From contig OZ024755.1 of the NCBI GenBank assembly GCA_964016885.1, forward strand, positions 42,098,001-42,162,000: a DNA stretch of 64,000 nucleotides, given 5' to 3'. The translations under genes were made by a program, and so were the position numbers. The DNA comes from Eledone cirrhosa. Lineage: Eukaryota. Within the stretch, counting starts at the first letter, position 1; each line of letters starts with the position of its first letter. This document shows positions 48,750 to 61,014 of this stretch, piece after piece. The notes under the pieces are model-generated. The model had not been told where the DNA came from, did not search any database, and saw nothing but the letters and a program-made list of their open reading frames with translations.

Positions 48750-51700
48750 GCTCTGACACTACCCGCTGTCACCGCCCTGACACGTTGAGGAGGGGTTGGA
48801 CTTTAGGTTAGCACACTAGCAGAGCCGCTTGCGCGTCGGGGCTGAGCGCTACAGAGACCCCTTGAAGGCCACTGTTGTCGGTCACGCCACTAGGGTACAA
48901 GTGGTAGGAGATGTAGAAACGACCCGATGCCACCGGTTACCGGAGCAGACACCTCTTGGATTTTCACCAGAGCCCTTTTTGCCGGGTTGCGGCCCTAATA
49001 CCGCTGGGTGCCAAACCAACCCGCCTTGGGTGGCCCTACTAGTTACTGACGGCTGTAGCGCTCAGCCCCGCCGCGCAAGCGGCTCTGCTGGCGTGGCAGC
49101 CGATCTAACACCGTCTCGCGCTGGTTCGATTGAAGGGTCAAATTTCAGCGTAATTGCCGTATACGCTGCCACACTCAATGCGGACGAGGCGGACAAGACG
49201 CAGTTCTATGCCGATCTCCAAACAACCGTGGATGGCGTCCCCTCCAGTGATGTTCTCATTGTCGTTGGGGACTGGAGTGCGCGGACGGGGCCGGCTTATG
49301 ATACAACACGGTATATTCTAGGACGCTTCGTCCTAGGCGTACGCTGTGACAATGGCGAACGGCTCGTGTCCTTCGCGGATGCCAATCGTCTTATTGTCAC
49401 CAACACCCGGTTCCAACATCCTCGGCGTCACCTCGTCACGTGGCGATCCAATGACGGAAGAACGGCCAATCAGATTGACACATCCTGGTCAGATCTCGGT
49501 GGGCCAGCTCAGTGATGGACTCGCGTGCGTATCGGGGAGATGATACGGGCAGAGAGTATGGCTCAGACCATACTCTTGTTCGAGCAACCCTTCGTCTGCG
49601 GCTGAGGGCGAAACCTCCTCCCAACCGCCAGAAAAGGATCGATATCTCGCGACTCAAGCTCGATGCTGGAAATGCTTTCCAGCTAGAGCTGCGAAACCGA
49701 TTCCAAATGCTCAGTAACGAAGTGGAACAGCAACCGGAGCAGGAGTGGAACGCGCTCAGGGCGGCGACGGTTGAGGTGGCCAGGGAGCATCTCGGGTCGA
49801 CCCGAAGACGCCATCGGGACTGGATCTCCAGCGACACTCTTGAACTCGCAGAGTGGGCGAGACTGGTCCGATTCAAGGGGGCACCCAATCTTCGAGATCG
49901 CCGACGTCGCACATCTCGGGCTATTCGGGCCGATCGGAATGCACACTGGCGCGAGTTTGCGGAGCAGACGGGGAGGGCAGCAGCCTGTGGTGACTCGCGC
50001 AGGCTCCACCAACTGGTGAAGCGGGCCAGCCGAAGCATTACGGGTATCAGCGAGACGATTCGTGATCGGAACGGGGCGGTCATTACCAATCTTAATGACC
50101 GGCTAGTTCGATGGCAGGACCATTTCTCCGAACTGCTCAACCACCCGCCACCATCCAAGCCAACCTATGTGCAGCCTTCCGGAGAAGAATACGGGTTCAG
50201 CACTGCCCCTCCAACGGCCGAGGAGGTACGTGGTGTCCTGACACATCTCCGGAACAACAAGGCGCCGGGAGAGGATGGCGTTCCAGCTGAGATCTACAAG
50301 GCCGAGCCTGATGTCTTTGCAGCTTGGCTCCATCGAGTCTTCTCCTCGGTGTGGGCGACGGAGCGGTTCCCTGGTGACTGGAGAGAGGCAACTCTCCTAC
50401 CCTTCTTCAAAAAGGGCGACAGGAAACTGTGTTCCAAGTACAGGGTATCAGTTTAATTGACGTTGCAGCCAAGACCTTCGCAATTCTTCTGCTGAAGAGG
50501 TTCCAGGCCATCCGTGATGTCCGTACCCGTCCTTCTCAGGGCGGCTTCCGTCCGGGGAGGGGGTGCGTTGATCAAATCTTCATTCTCCGGCTTGTCTTGG
50601 AACAACGGTGGGCACATCAACAGCCTACCGTCCTCTGCTTCATCGACTTTGCAGCTTGCTTTCGACTCGGTAGATCGGGAAGCCCTATGGCGTATAATTC
50701 AGGCGGACGGCATCCCAATGAAGCTGCTTCGTCTCATACAAGGCTACTACCTGTCGACTCGGGCTCGAGTGAGGGTCTATGGTGGGTAGACGGAGTCGTT
50801 CGATGTTGGGACCGGTGTTCGGTAGGGGTGTGCGCTATCGCCAACTCTCTTTAACTACGCCATTGACTACACTCTCAACACAGCGCTCCGGGATTACCCG
50901 GGCGTAGAGGTCGGCAGAGGGGTCGTGGTGACGGACCTGGCCTACGCGGATGATATCGTGCTGATGGGATCTAACGGGACAGATGTACAAGGTGTTCTCG
51001 AAGGGGTGCACACTGCATCCACCGCTGTTGGTCTACGAATCAATGCCGCCAAATCGAAAGTCATGACGTCACTGGACTCGCCTGATTCCTGGCAGCCAAT
51101 ATCTCTCGAGGGCGTGGACCTGGAGAATTGGAGTCCTTCGTTTACCTGGGCTCAACAGTGGTTCCAACGGGACAGGGCGCAGTCGAGGTTAAGCGCCGCA
51201 TAGGTGCTGCCAGATCCGCTTTTGGGTGCCTCCAGCGGTGTCTGTGGGACAGAAGAGAGATCACCTCGGTGACCAAAAGGTGATTCTACCAGGCCATCGT
51301 TCGGACTATCCTCCTCTATGACTGTGAAACATGGCCTATGAGGGTAGTCGATCAACGCGGGCTGGAGGTCTTCGACAATGACTGTCTCCGCCGCATTCTT
51401 CGCTGCCGACGCGTTGATCGGGTACCTACCACCAGTCTTCGTCTTCGCCTGAATCTTCGACCCTTTCCTTCGGTGCTTCTGCAACGGCGCTTGAGATGGT
51501 TTGGTTACGCAGCCCGGCGCCCTGGGGGTGAGCTGATCCGCGATGTTCTCCTCCCACCTCCACTCCCTAACTGGTGCAAGCGCGTTGTCGGTCAGCTGAA
51601 GACCTGGGCAGAGACGATCAAGGAGGACCTCTCCGAACTTTCAGGTCCGCAGGTGGTCGGCCTGCGCCGATGGAACCGTGACTGGCTCGCTATCTCCAGT

Positions 51701-51797
51701 GCGTGGGCTGCCATGGTTCGGGATGCCGTCAGGACAAGGGAAGAAGCCGGCTCAACCCGTCCACAAGTACAAGTCGACACAAGTACAAGTACAAGTA

Positions 51798-51798
<1 letters not shown>
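48750..51798 (+). mobile_element. GC-rich RTE-clade LINE (SR2-like) with 5' UTR, partly deleted APE domain, RT and (CAAGTA)n tail
   Basis: AVYAAT, VVGDWSARTG, GSDH, KAPGEDG, QGGFRPGRGCVDQIF, FIDF, DLAYADDIV, LRWFGYAARR; (TA)n both sides; a few frameshifts and stops. Confidence 0.95.
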
Positions 51799-51854
<56 letters not shown>

Positions 51855-51857
<3 letters not shown>

Positions 51858-52880
51858 GTGGAGAAATAAATATAGGAGAACAATCCGTTAAAACATGTTT
51901 ATTTAAAATAGCACCTACGTACGTTTCGCCTGAATGGGCTTCTCAAGGGCATAAATAACTAAAAAGTGTTCCTTACATCACTCGGAATGGGTTTTTAGAG
52001 ATAAGTTCACGTCAGAGTTCACTCTTCGTAAAAAAACATATATTGATTGATAGTTCCCGGATGTTTTTTGCCGGGGTGTTAAAACTTGGTGCAGGGAGAC
52101 CCGGTTTACTGTATCACTCCTCGTTCTTATTCCATCTGGAGTAGGATATTTTTAAGCGGTGTGTACAGCTGATCGTCGTTTCAGCTCTGCTGTTGGTGAG
52201 CTCGTGGGGTGCCGTTATGATGTGGTAGAGCTCCATGAGGCAAAGCTCGCACTTCCTCTTGAAGTTGTACGGTGCCGACAATTTCCCAGTGCGTGGAGAA
52301 GCTGATTTTTTAGTCTTTTAATGCTGTGATGTAGTTCGCGAGCGAAGTGGAGTGTCTTGGTTTCTTGTTTGCGAAAGAGTAGAGATGAGTTCGAAATCTA
52401 ATTTTGAACGGGCCAGAGGTAGCCCCTATATAATGTTTAACGCTATTATGGCTAGTTTCGGTGCACCTATATATAAGCCTATCAGTCAAGCAGTTCTCCC
52501 TAAGGGGCAGCGTCCCCTGTCGCGGCAGTTGCAATTTCCGTCGCGGTCCCTTCTAGTTCCCACGGTAAGGTTATTATTATTGCTATCTACGTTGTTACCT
52601 ACGCTCCCACACCTGTCATTAGCACCATTATAACCCACTGCGTGCGGGGTGGTACCATTATTATTCCGCACGCAGCAGCGCCTTCCGTTGCCGCCAGGTG
52701 ACCCGTGCGGGTCACTTGCATATACCCCAGTCATGTCGCGGTTGTGTTGATTGCGTCTGTAGTGGCTGTTGCCAGCACTATTGGATGTTGCTAGAGAGTT
52801 GTTAAGGCCGATATTGTTGTTGTCAGGTGTTGTTAGCACAGACGCACCTACAAACGCGCCTACAAACGACCCACTGTCGG
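51855..52880 (-). mobile_element. Penelope-like element 3' fragment (GIY-YIG plus hammerhead-bearing 3' end)
   Basis: NCNCRDRGRCPL, ENCLTDRLIYRC...HYIGATSGPFKIRFRTH, KCELCL; 3' end abuts (TA)n at 51801-51853. Confidence 0.85.
51911..51950 (-). ncRNA. Minimal hammerhead with U3-A8 compensatory core
   Basis: Minus: GCCC-TTGAGAA-GCC-cattca-GGC-GAAA-CGTACG-TA-GGtGC. Confidence 0.7.
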
Positions 52881-55147
52881 AGAAATGGGCCAATGCTGGC
52901 TGACAAATTATTTTCCTGAAACGCTGCCTAAAAAACGATGTCATCCCCACCACCATCAGGAACATTCGCTTACCAGGATGCCTACGTACACCAGCTTTTC
53001 AAAACACCACTAACCGCATACATCGCACGTGTATCAAACAGATCCTGGGACATCTTAACCGCCAATTACACCTCGGACCCAAGTTCATCGTCTCACAACG
53101 ACTCGACGACAGACTCGACATCGAAGCCAACATCTGTCGAGCCGCTTACCAACTTAAATGGGTGACCGCCATCAACAGAGCCACGGAAAATAACAGAGCC
53201 CACGCAACCCACCCCAAGTTCCCCACTTACCACCTCGACAACCCACTCCACCCCCCACCCATCAACCACGAACTCGACACTAAATTCATCAGGTTAAAAC
53301 ACACCATCTCGTATATTCTACACAAACACACACACGCACGCACAACACACAACCTCACCAAATCTTAACTCACCACTCTCTCCAACCTGAAATCGAAGAA
53401 CCTCATCTGCCTCCCTCCGACAAAGGAAAAGAATTCTGCGTCGTCAGCAGAGAGTCCTACAACACCCTGGCCCTCCAACACCTTGACGATGACAACCTCT
53501 ACTCCAAAGTCACGGGAATCACTCCCGCGCAGATAGAAGAACACATCAACGCCGCCTGGACCAACATCTGTGACCGGCGGAAGCTCCCGAAGAAGCTGAG
53601 ATACAACCTCCTCACGAGGAACAGCAGACTACCCACCTTCTACCACCTCGTGAAAACCCACAAACAGGGACCCGACCTGAAGATCAGACCCATTGTATCG
53701 AGCGTGGAAGGACCGCTCTACAAAATTTCATGGCTCCTAGCCAGAATACTCAAACCCATCTTAGACACCTTGCCGGGACACGTTAACAGCTCCTAGGAGG
53801 TGTTGGAGCGCCTGCATCAAATGGATCCCGACACCAGAAAGGCTAACAGATATGCCTTCAGCCTTGATGTAGTCGCTCTCTACACCTCGGTCCCGGCACT
53901 CCCGCCCGTTAATATACTGATGGAACGCATCCAATCTACCGACCTACACTGCTTCGGGCTCACCACCACTGACGTCCACCAACTCCTATCCATCGTCGTT
54001 GACAACTTCGGATTTATCGACCAAACATACCAGCAAACCTCGGGACTGCCCATTGGCTCAAGCCTGTCGGGTGTGCTAGCGATCTCAAACATGGACAGCC
54101 TCGAGCACAAGGGACTCAACACCACCCAACGCCGTCGCCTTTTTCTCAAGGTACGTTGGCGACACCCTCATCCTCACATCTTCCCAGGAGATGGCGAACA
54201 GAATCTATGAGACGTTCCACAACACGGACGAGAACATTGATTTCAGTGTTGAACACCCCAGCGACAACGGGTCACTTGCCCTCCTCGACTGCCGAATCAA
54301 AATCACGGAACTTCTACCGCAAGGCAGCCTGCAGGGACTTATTCGTCCACTACAAGTCTGCCCTCCCTAACAGTGCTAAAAGAGGGTACGCCACGAACGA
54401 GATCACGGGAATTAAAAACAGATGTAGCGATCCCGTGAGTGGTGTCACCCATACCAAGAAATTCCTCAAAGTGCTGGAGACGAACGAGTACCCTGCCTCG
54501 TTCACAAACAGAATAAGAGACACCAGACGCAAGAGGCAGAGAAACACCCAAGGCAAGTGCTTCTTTAAAATATCACACCTGGGCAAGAATACCACCAACG
54601 CTATCCGCAAGGCTATACGGAGAGAGGTCCTCGACATCCACCTGGCCCACTCGGGCCCCTCCCTGCGAAGATGCCTCCCCAGGAAACCCGGGAAATCGAC
54701 TGATGTGTGCTCCCTCAGTAACTGCCCAATGCGCCATACAAACTGTTGCCTACGCACATACGTCGTGTATAAGGTAGAATGTGACACGTGCAACCACTAC
54801 TATATCGGTAGCACAATCCGGCCGCTACACATCCAGATCAAAGAGCACATCAACACCAGGGCCTCGTCTTTCTGGAAACACGGAAACAAAGACGGAAGGC
54901 CCATTGTCACAGTGCTAGTGACAGAACACAACGTCGGCAAGTTACGAATCAAGGAAGCACTTTGGATGAAACGCCTAGGGCCACAAATAAATAACCGATC
55001 CGAGAGAAGCGAAATGGGGTGGTTGGTTTAAATCTTAAAACTAAAACTGAATACTAACTAATAATTATTACTAATTTATACTTATTCCTAGTTAAACTAT
55101 TTTTCACTGGGAAAAATTTGTCAGCATTTTCTTTTCCTTTTTACTAC
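52880..55147 (+). mobile_element. Penelope/Poseidon-type PLE, near full-length degenerate RT plus GIY-YIG ORF (ORF ends 55031)
   Basis: IFLKRCLKNDVIP, KTHK..LKIRPIVS, SLDVVALYTSVP, QTSGLPIGSSLS, FYRK, VVYKVECDTC..YYIGSTIRPLHIQIKEH; ends at (TA)n. Confidence 0.92.
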
Positions 55148-55153
55148 TATATA

Positions 55154-55219
<66 letters not shown>

Positions 55220-55589
55220 TAAACACTTTAAATAAATCACAAAAGCCGAAATGAAACCTTTTTGTATTTTATTAAAACATCTAGCTACATACAACTAAAT
55301 TTGTTCTGATTTTCATAGAAAAATGCAAGGTTTTGAGAGAAATATTTAAGAAATACAAATATAAAAAAGAATTTAAGTAGATTAAATTAGAGACTTCTTA
55401 GAGTAACAGATATAAACGTTATTGTAGCCGATCTCTCAGACTTTTCCGAAGTGCTGGGGTGAGGAAGAATGGTGTGATCATGCACCGAGAGGCTGTAAAA
55501 TAGTTTCTAAAATAGGGTGAAGACCCTTAATGATGGAAAAATAAGTTGCATAGCAGCCTGTGGCAACTTCTTTTCCTGTCTTTAAGAAT

Positions 55590-55875
55590 CATCAGTGATG
55601 TGTAAAGAATAGTGTGTAGGTTGGTTAGGGATGTGTAAAGAATAGTGTGTAGGTTGATTAGTAATGTGTACAGAATAGTGTGTAGTTTGTTAGTAATGTG
55701 TACAGAATAGTGTGTAGGTTGATTAGTAGTGTGTACAGAATAGTGTGTAGGTTTGTTAGTAACGTGTACCAAATAGTGTGTAGGTTCATTAGTGATGTGT
55801 ACTAAATAGTGCGTAGGTTCATTAGTGATGTGTACTAAATAGTGTGTAGGTTCATTAGTGATGTGTACTAAATAG
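55590..55875. repeat. 33-bp minisatellite, about 8 diverged units
   Basis: GTGATGTGTACTAAATAGTGTGTAGGTTCATTA and variants. Confidence 0.9.
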
Positions 55876-56231
55876 GATGAAGCTTTCGTGGTCAAGGCTG
55901 CAAATGTACTGACCACCGACCAATAATATCGCCAGATCAAATCTATAACCCAGACAAAACTGCTCTTTTCTAGAATGTCTACCACATAGGATCTTAGCTT
56001 CCGATATTGGATCTCTAGTTACAAAAACAAAATTACCCTAAGCTTCATTGGTTCCGAGAATCAGCTACTCCAGAACCAATCTAATTCCAAGCTTGCCGGA
56101 TTAGTGAGATCAAACCTGTATATGAACATACACCTTTGTTATAAATCACTCTGTGTTAGTGTTATTGCTAAATAAACAATAATATTAAAGAAAAATATTA
56201 TACAGTACTATAAAGCACACTGTTTATTATT

Positions 56232-56420
56232 AATTGTTTCTACATTTGGCACAAAGCCAGCAATTACTCAGTACATTACTGGTACTTTATTTTATCGACC
56301 CCGTAAGGATGAAAGGCAAAGTTAACCTCGGCGGGATTTGAACTCAGATCGTAAAGGGACATAACTATACTGGAAAACATGGCGTCCGACTGTCTACCTA
56401 TACTGCCAATCCACCGCCCT
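56232..56420 (-). mobile_element. Full-length tRNA-derived SINE
   Basis: Reverse complement of the 34800 family. Confidence 0.88.
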
Positions 56421-56621
56421 GTTTATTATTAATGTTACAAATTCTCTATTGTAATATGTCTCTGTGTGCGTGTATGTGTGCGTGTACTTGTGTGTACATG
56501 TATGTGTGTATGTGTGTGTGTTTACATTTGCTGTTAGATTATGCCACATAACTTAGCTGTTCGACAAAAAGAGATCGATAAAATAAAATAAGTGCTGAGT
56601 GGGTAGAGGTCAATTATATTG

Positions 56622-59600
56622 GCTAAATCTCCCGAAGACAGTCTCCCAGTATGGCTGCAGTCTAACACTAAATCTACTGAAGACAGTCTCCCAGTATGGC
56701 TGCAGTCTAACACTAAATCTCCTGAAGACAGTCTCCCAGTATGGCTGCAGTCTAACACTAAATCTACTGAAGACAGTCTCCCAGTATAGCTGCAGTCTAA
56801 CACTAAATCTACTGAAGACAGTCTCCCAGTATGGCTGCAGTCTAACACTAAATCTCCTGAAGACTGTCCCCCAGTATGGCTGCAGTCTAACACTAAATCT
56901 ACTGAAGACAGTCTCCCAGTATGGCTGCAGTCTAACACTAAATCTACTGAAGACAGTCTCCCAGTATGGCTGCAGTCTAACACTAAATCTACTGAAGACA
57001 GTCTCCCAGTATGGCTTCAGTCTAACACTAAATCTGAAGACAGTCTCCCAGTATGGCTGCAGTCTAACACTAAATCTCCTGAAGACTGTCCCCCAGTATA
57101 GCTGCAGTCTAACACTAAATCTCCTGAAGACAGTCTCCCAGTATGGCTGCAGTCTAACACTAAATCTGAAGACAGTCTCGCAGTATGGCTGCAGTCTAAC
57201 ACTAAATCTGAAGACAGTTTCCCAGTATGGCTGCAGTCTAACACTAAATCTACTGAAGACAGTCTCCCAGTATGGCTGCAGTCTAACACTAAATCTACTG
57301 AAGACAGTCTCCCAGTATGGCTGCAGTCTAACACTAAATCTCCTGAAGACAGTCTCCCAGTATAGCTGCAGTCTAACACTAAATCTCCTGAAGACAGTCT
57401 CCCAGTATGGCTGCAGTCTAACACTAAATCTCCTGAAGACAGTCTTCCAGTATGGCTGCAGTCTAACACTAAATCTCCTGAAGACAGTCTCCCAGTATGG
57501 CTGCAGTCTAACACTAAATCTGAAGACAGTCTCCCAGTATGGCTGCAGTCTAACACTAAATCTGAAGACAGTTTCCCAGTATGGCTGCAGTCTAACACTA
57601 AATCTCCTGAAGACAGTCTCCCAGTATGGCTGCAGTCTAACACTAAATCTCCTGAAGACAGTCTCCCAGTATGGCTGCAGTCTAACACTAAATCTACTGA
57701 AGACAGTCTCCCAGTATAGCTGCAGTCTAACACTAAATCTACTGAAGACAGTCTCCCAGTATGGCTGCAGTCTAACACTAAATCTCCTGAAGACTGTCCC
57801 CCAGTATGGCTGCAGTCTAACACTAAATCTACTGAAGACAGTCTCCCAGTATGGCTGCAGTCTAACACTAAATCTACTGAAGACAGTCTCCCAGTATAGC
57901 TGCAGTCTAACACTAAATCTACTGAAGACAGTCTCCCAGTATGGCTGCAGTCTAACACTAAATCTCCTGAAGACTGTCCCCCAGTATGGCTGCAGTCTAA
58001 CACTAAATCTACTGAAGACAGTCTCCCAGTATGGCTGCAGTCTAACACTAAATCTACTGAAGACAGTCTCCCAGTATGGCTGCAGTCTAACACTAAATCT
58101 ACTGAAGACAGTCTCCCAGTATGGCTTCAGTCTAACACTAAATCTGAAGACAGTCTTCCAGTATGGCTGCAGTCTAACACTAAATCTCCTGAAGACTGTC
58201 CCCCAGTATAGCTGCAGTCTAACACTAAATCTACTGAAGACAGTCTCCCAGTATGGCTGCAGTCTAACACTAAATCTACTGAAGACAGTCTCCCAGTATG
58301 GCTGCAGTCTAACACTAAATCTACTGAAGACAGTCTCCCAGTATGGCTGCAGTCTAACACTAAATCTCCTGAAGACAGTCTCCCAGTATGGCTGCAGTCT
58401 AACACTAAATCTGAAGACAGTCTCGCAGTATGGCTGCAGTCTAACACTAAATCTGAAGACAGTTTCCCAGTATGGCTGCAGTCTAACACTAAATCTACTG
58501 AAGACAGTCTCCCAGTATGGCTGCAGTCTAACACTAAATCTGAAGACAGTTTCCCAGTATGGCTGCAGTCTAACACTAAATCTGAAGACAATTTCCCAGT
58601 ATGGCTGCAGTCTAACACTAAATCTACTGAAGACAGTCTCCCAGTATGGCTGCAGTCTAACACTAAATCTCCTGAAGACAGTCTCCCAGTATGGCTGCAG
58701 TCTAACACTAAATCTGAAGACAGTCTCGCAGTATGGCTGCAGTCTAACACTAAATCTGAAGACAGTCCCCCAGTATGGCTGCAGTCTAACACTAAATCTC
58801 CTGAAGACAGTCTCCCAGTATGGCTGCAGTCTAACACTAAATCTACTGAAGACAGTCTCCCAGTATGGCTGCAGTCTAACACTAAATCTGAAGACAGTCC
58901 CCCAGTATGGCTGCAGTCTAACACTAAATCTGAAGACAGTCCCCCAGTATGGCTGCAGTCTAACACTAAATCTGAAGACAGTCCCCCAGTATGGCTGCAG
59001 TCTAACACTAAATCTGAAGACAGTCCCCCAGTATGGCTGCAGTCTAACACTAAATCTCCTGAAGACAGTCTCCCAGTATGGCTGCAGTCTAACACTAAAT
59101 CTGAAGATAGTCTCACGGTATGGCTGCAGTCTAACACTAAATCTCCTGAAGACAGTCTCCCAGTATGGCTGCAGTCTAACACTAAATCTGAAGACAGTTC
59201 CCGAGTATGGCTGCAGTCTAACACTAAATCTCCCGAAGACAGTCTCCCAGTATGGCTGCAGTCTAACACTAAATCTCTTGAAGACTGTCTCCCAGTATGG
59301 CTGCACTCTAACACTAAATCTCCTGAAGACAGTCTCCCAGTATGGCTGCAGTCTAACACTAAATCTGAAGACAGTCCCCAGTATGGCTGCAGTCTAACAC
59401 TAAATCTACCGAAGACAGTCTCCCAGTATGGCTGCAGTCTAACACTAAATCTCCTGAAGACAGTCTCCCAGTATGGCTGCAGTCTAACACTAAATCTGAA
59501 GACAGTCCCCAGTATGGCTGCAGTCTAACACTAAATCTACCGAAGACAGTCTCCCAGTATGGCTGCAGTCTAACACTAAATCTGAAGACAGTCCCCTGTA

Positions 59601-60821
59601 TAGCTGCAGTCTAACACTAAATCTACCGAAGACAGTCTCCCAGTATGGCTGCAGTCTAACACTAAATCTCCCGAAGACAGTCTCCCAGTATAGCTGCAGT
59701 CTAACACTAAATCTACCGAAGACAGTCTCCCAGTATGGCTGCAGTCTAACACTAAATCTGAAGACAGTCCCCTGTATAGCTGCAGTCTAACACTAAATCT
59801 ACCGAAGACAGTCTCCCAGTATGGCTGCAGTCTAACACTAAATCTCCCGAAGACAGTCTCCCAGTATAGCTGCAGTCTAACACTAAATCTACCGAAGACA
59901 GTCTCCCAGTATGGCTGCAGTCTAACACTAAATCTCCCGAAGACTGTCTCCCAGTATAGCTGCAGTCTAACACTAAATCTCCCGAAGACTGTCTCCCAGT
60001 ATAGCTGCAGTCTAACACTAAATCTCCCGAAGACTGTCTCCCAGTATAGCTGCAGTCTAACACTAAATCTCCCGAAGACAGTCTCCCAGTATAGCTGCAG
60101 TCTAACACTAAATCTACCGAAGACAGTCTCCCAGTATGGCTGCAGTCTAACACTAAATCTCCCGAAGACTGTCTCCCAGTATAGCTGCAGTCTAACACTA
60201 AATCTACCGAAGACAGTCTCCCAGTATGGCTGCAGTCTAACACTAAATCTCCCGAAGACTGTCTCCCAGTATAGCTGCAGTCTAACACTAAATCTACCGA
60301 AGACAGTCTCCCAGTATGGCTGCAGTCTAACACTAAATCTACCGAAGACAGTCTCCCAGTATGGCTGCAGTCTAACACTAAATCTCCCGAAGACAGTCTC
60401 CCAGTATGGCTGCAGTCTAACACTAAATCTCCCGAAGACAGTCTCCCAGTATGGCTGCAGTCTAACACTAAATCTACTGAAGACAGTCTCACAGTATGGC
60501 TGCAGTCTAACACTAAATCTGAAGACAGTCCCCCAGTATGGCTGCAGTCTAACACTAAATCTCCCGAAGACTGTCCCCCAGTATGGCTGCAGTCTAACAC
60601 TAAATCTACCGAAGACACTCTCCCAGTATGGCTGCAGTCTAACACTAAATCTACTGAAGACTGTCCCCCAGTATGGCTGCAGTCTAACACTAAATCTCCC
60701 GAAGACTGTCCCCCAGTATGGCTGCAGTCTAACACTAAATCTACCGAAGACACTCTCCCAGTATGGCTGCAGTCTAACACTAAATCTACTGAAGACTGTC
60801 CCCCAGTATGGCTGCAGTCTA
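56622..60821. repeat. 4.2-kb minisatellite of 36/39-bp units, about 110 copies
   Basis: CTAAATCT(ACT/CCT/ACC/CCC/none)GAAGACAGTCTCCCAGTATGGCTGCAGTCTAACA. Confidence 0.98.
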
Positions 60822-61014
60822 AACATTAAAACCAGTGAAATAATAACGGAAAGCCGTAGCTAAATATCCATGAATTTGGATCAGAACATTACAGAAAGAT
60901 GATTGAGTTCCTTGCACGCCTCCCCCCCCCCCCCCCCCCACACACACACACATACCCCCCAGAAATTGAAGGCAAAATCGAAAAAAAATTCTTGATGTTT
61001 TCTTTCTGTTTCTT

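Noticed and set aside
48750-48830. HDV-like ribozyme at the RTE 5' end
   Set aside because: GCTCTG/CAGAGC could be P1, but I could not place P3/L3, P1.1 or the J4/2 catalytic C by eye
55390-55990. Possible further exon or small gene on the minus strand
   Set aside because: No recognisable domain; the 152-aa ORF is mostly the 33-bp repeat
56650-56720. CTGAAGA followed by a CAGTC/GGCTG stem in the 36/39-bp unit as a hammerhead
   Set aside because: No GAAA after the stem and no stem III or cleavage triplet
56599-59397. 932-aa and 898-aa ORFs as real proteins
   Set aside because: Open frames on both strands follow from unit lengths divisible by 3; 35-bp units break the frame and no unique N- or C-terminal domain is present
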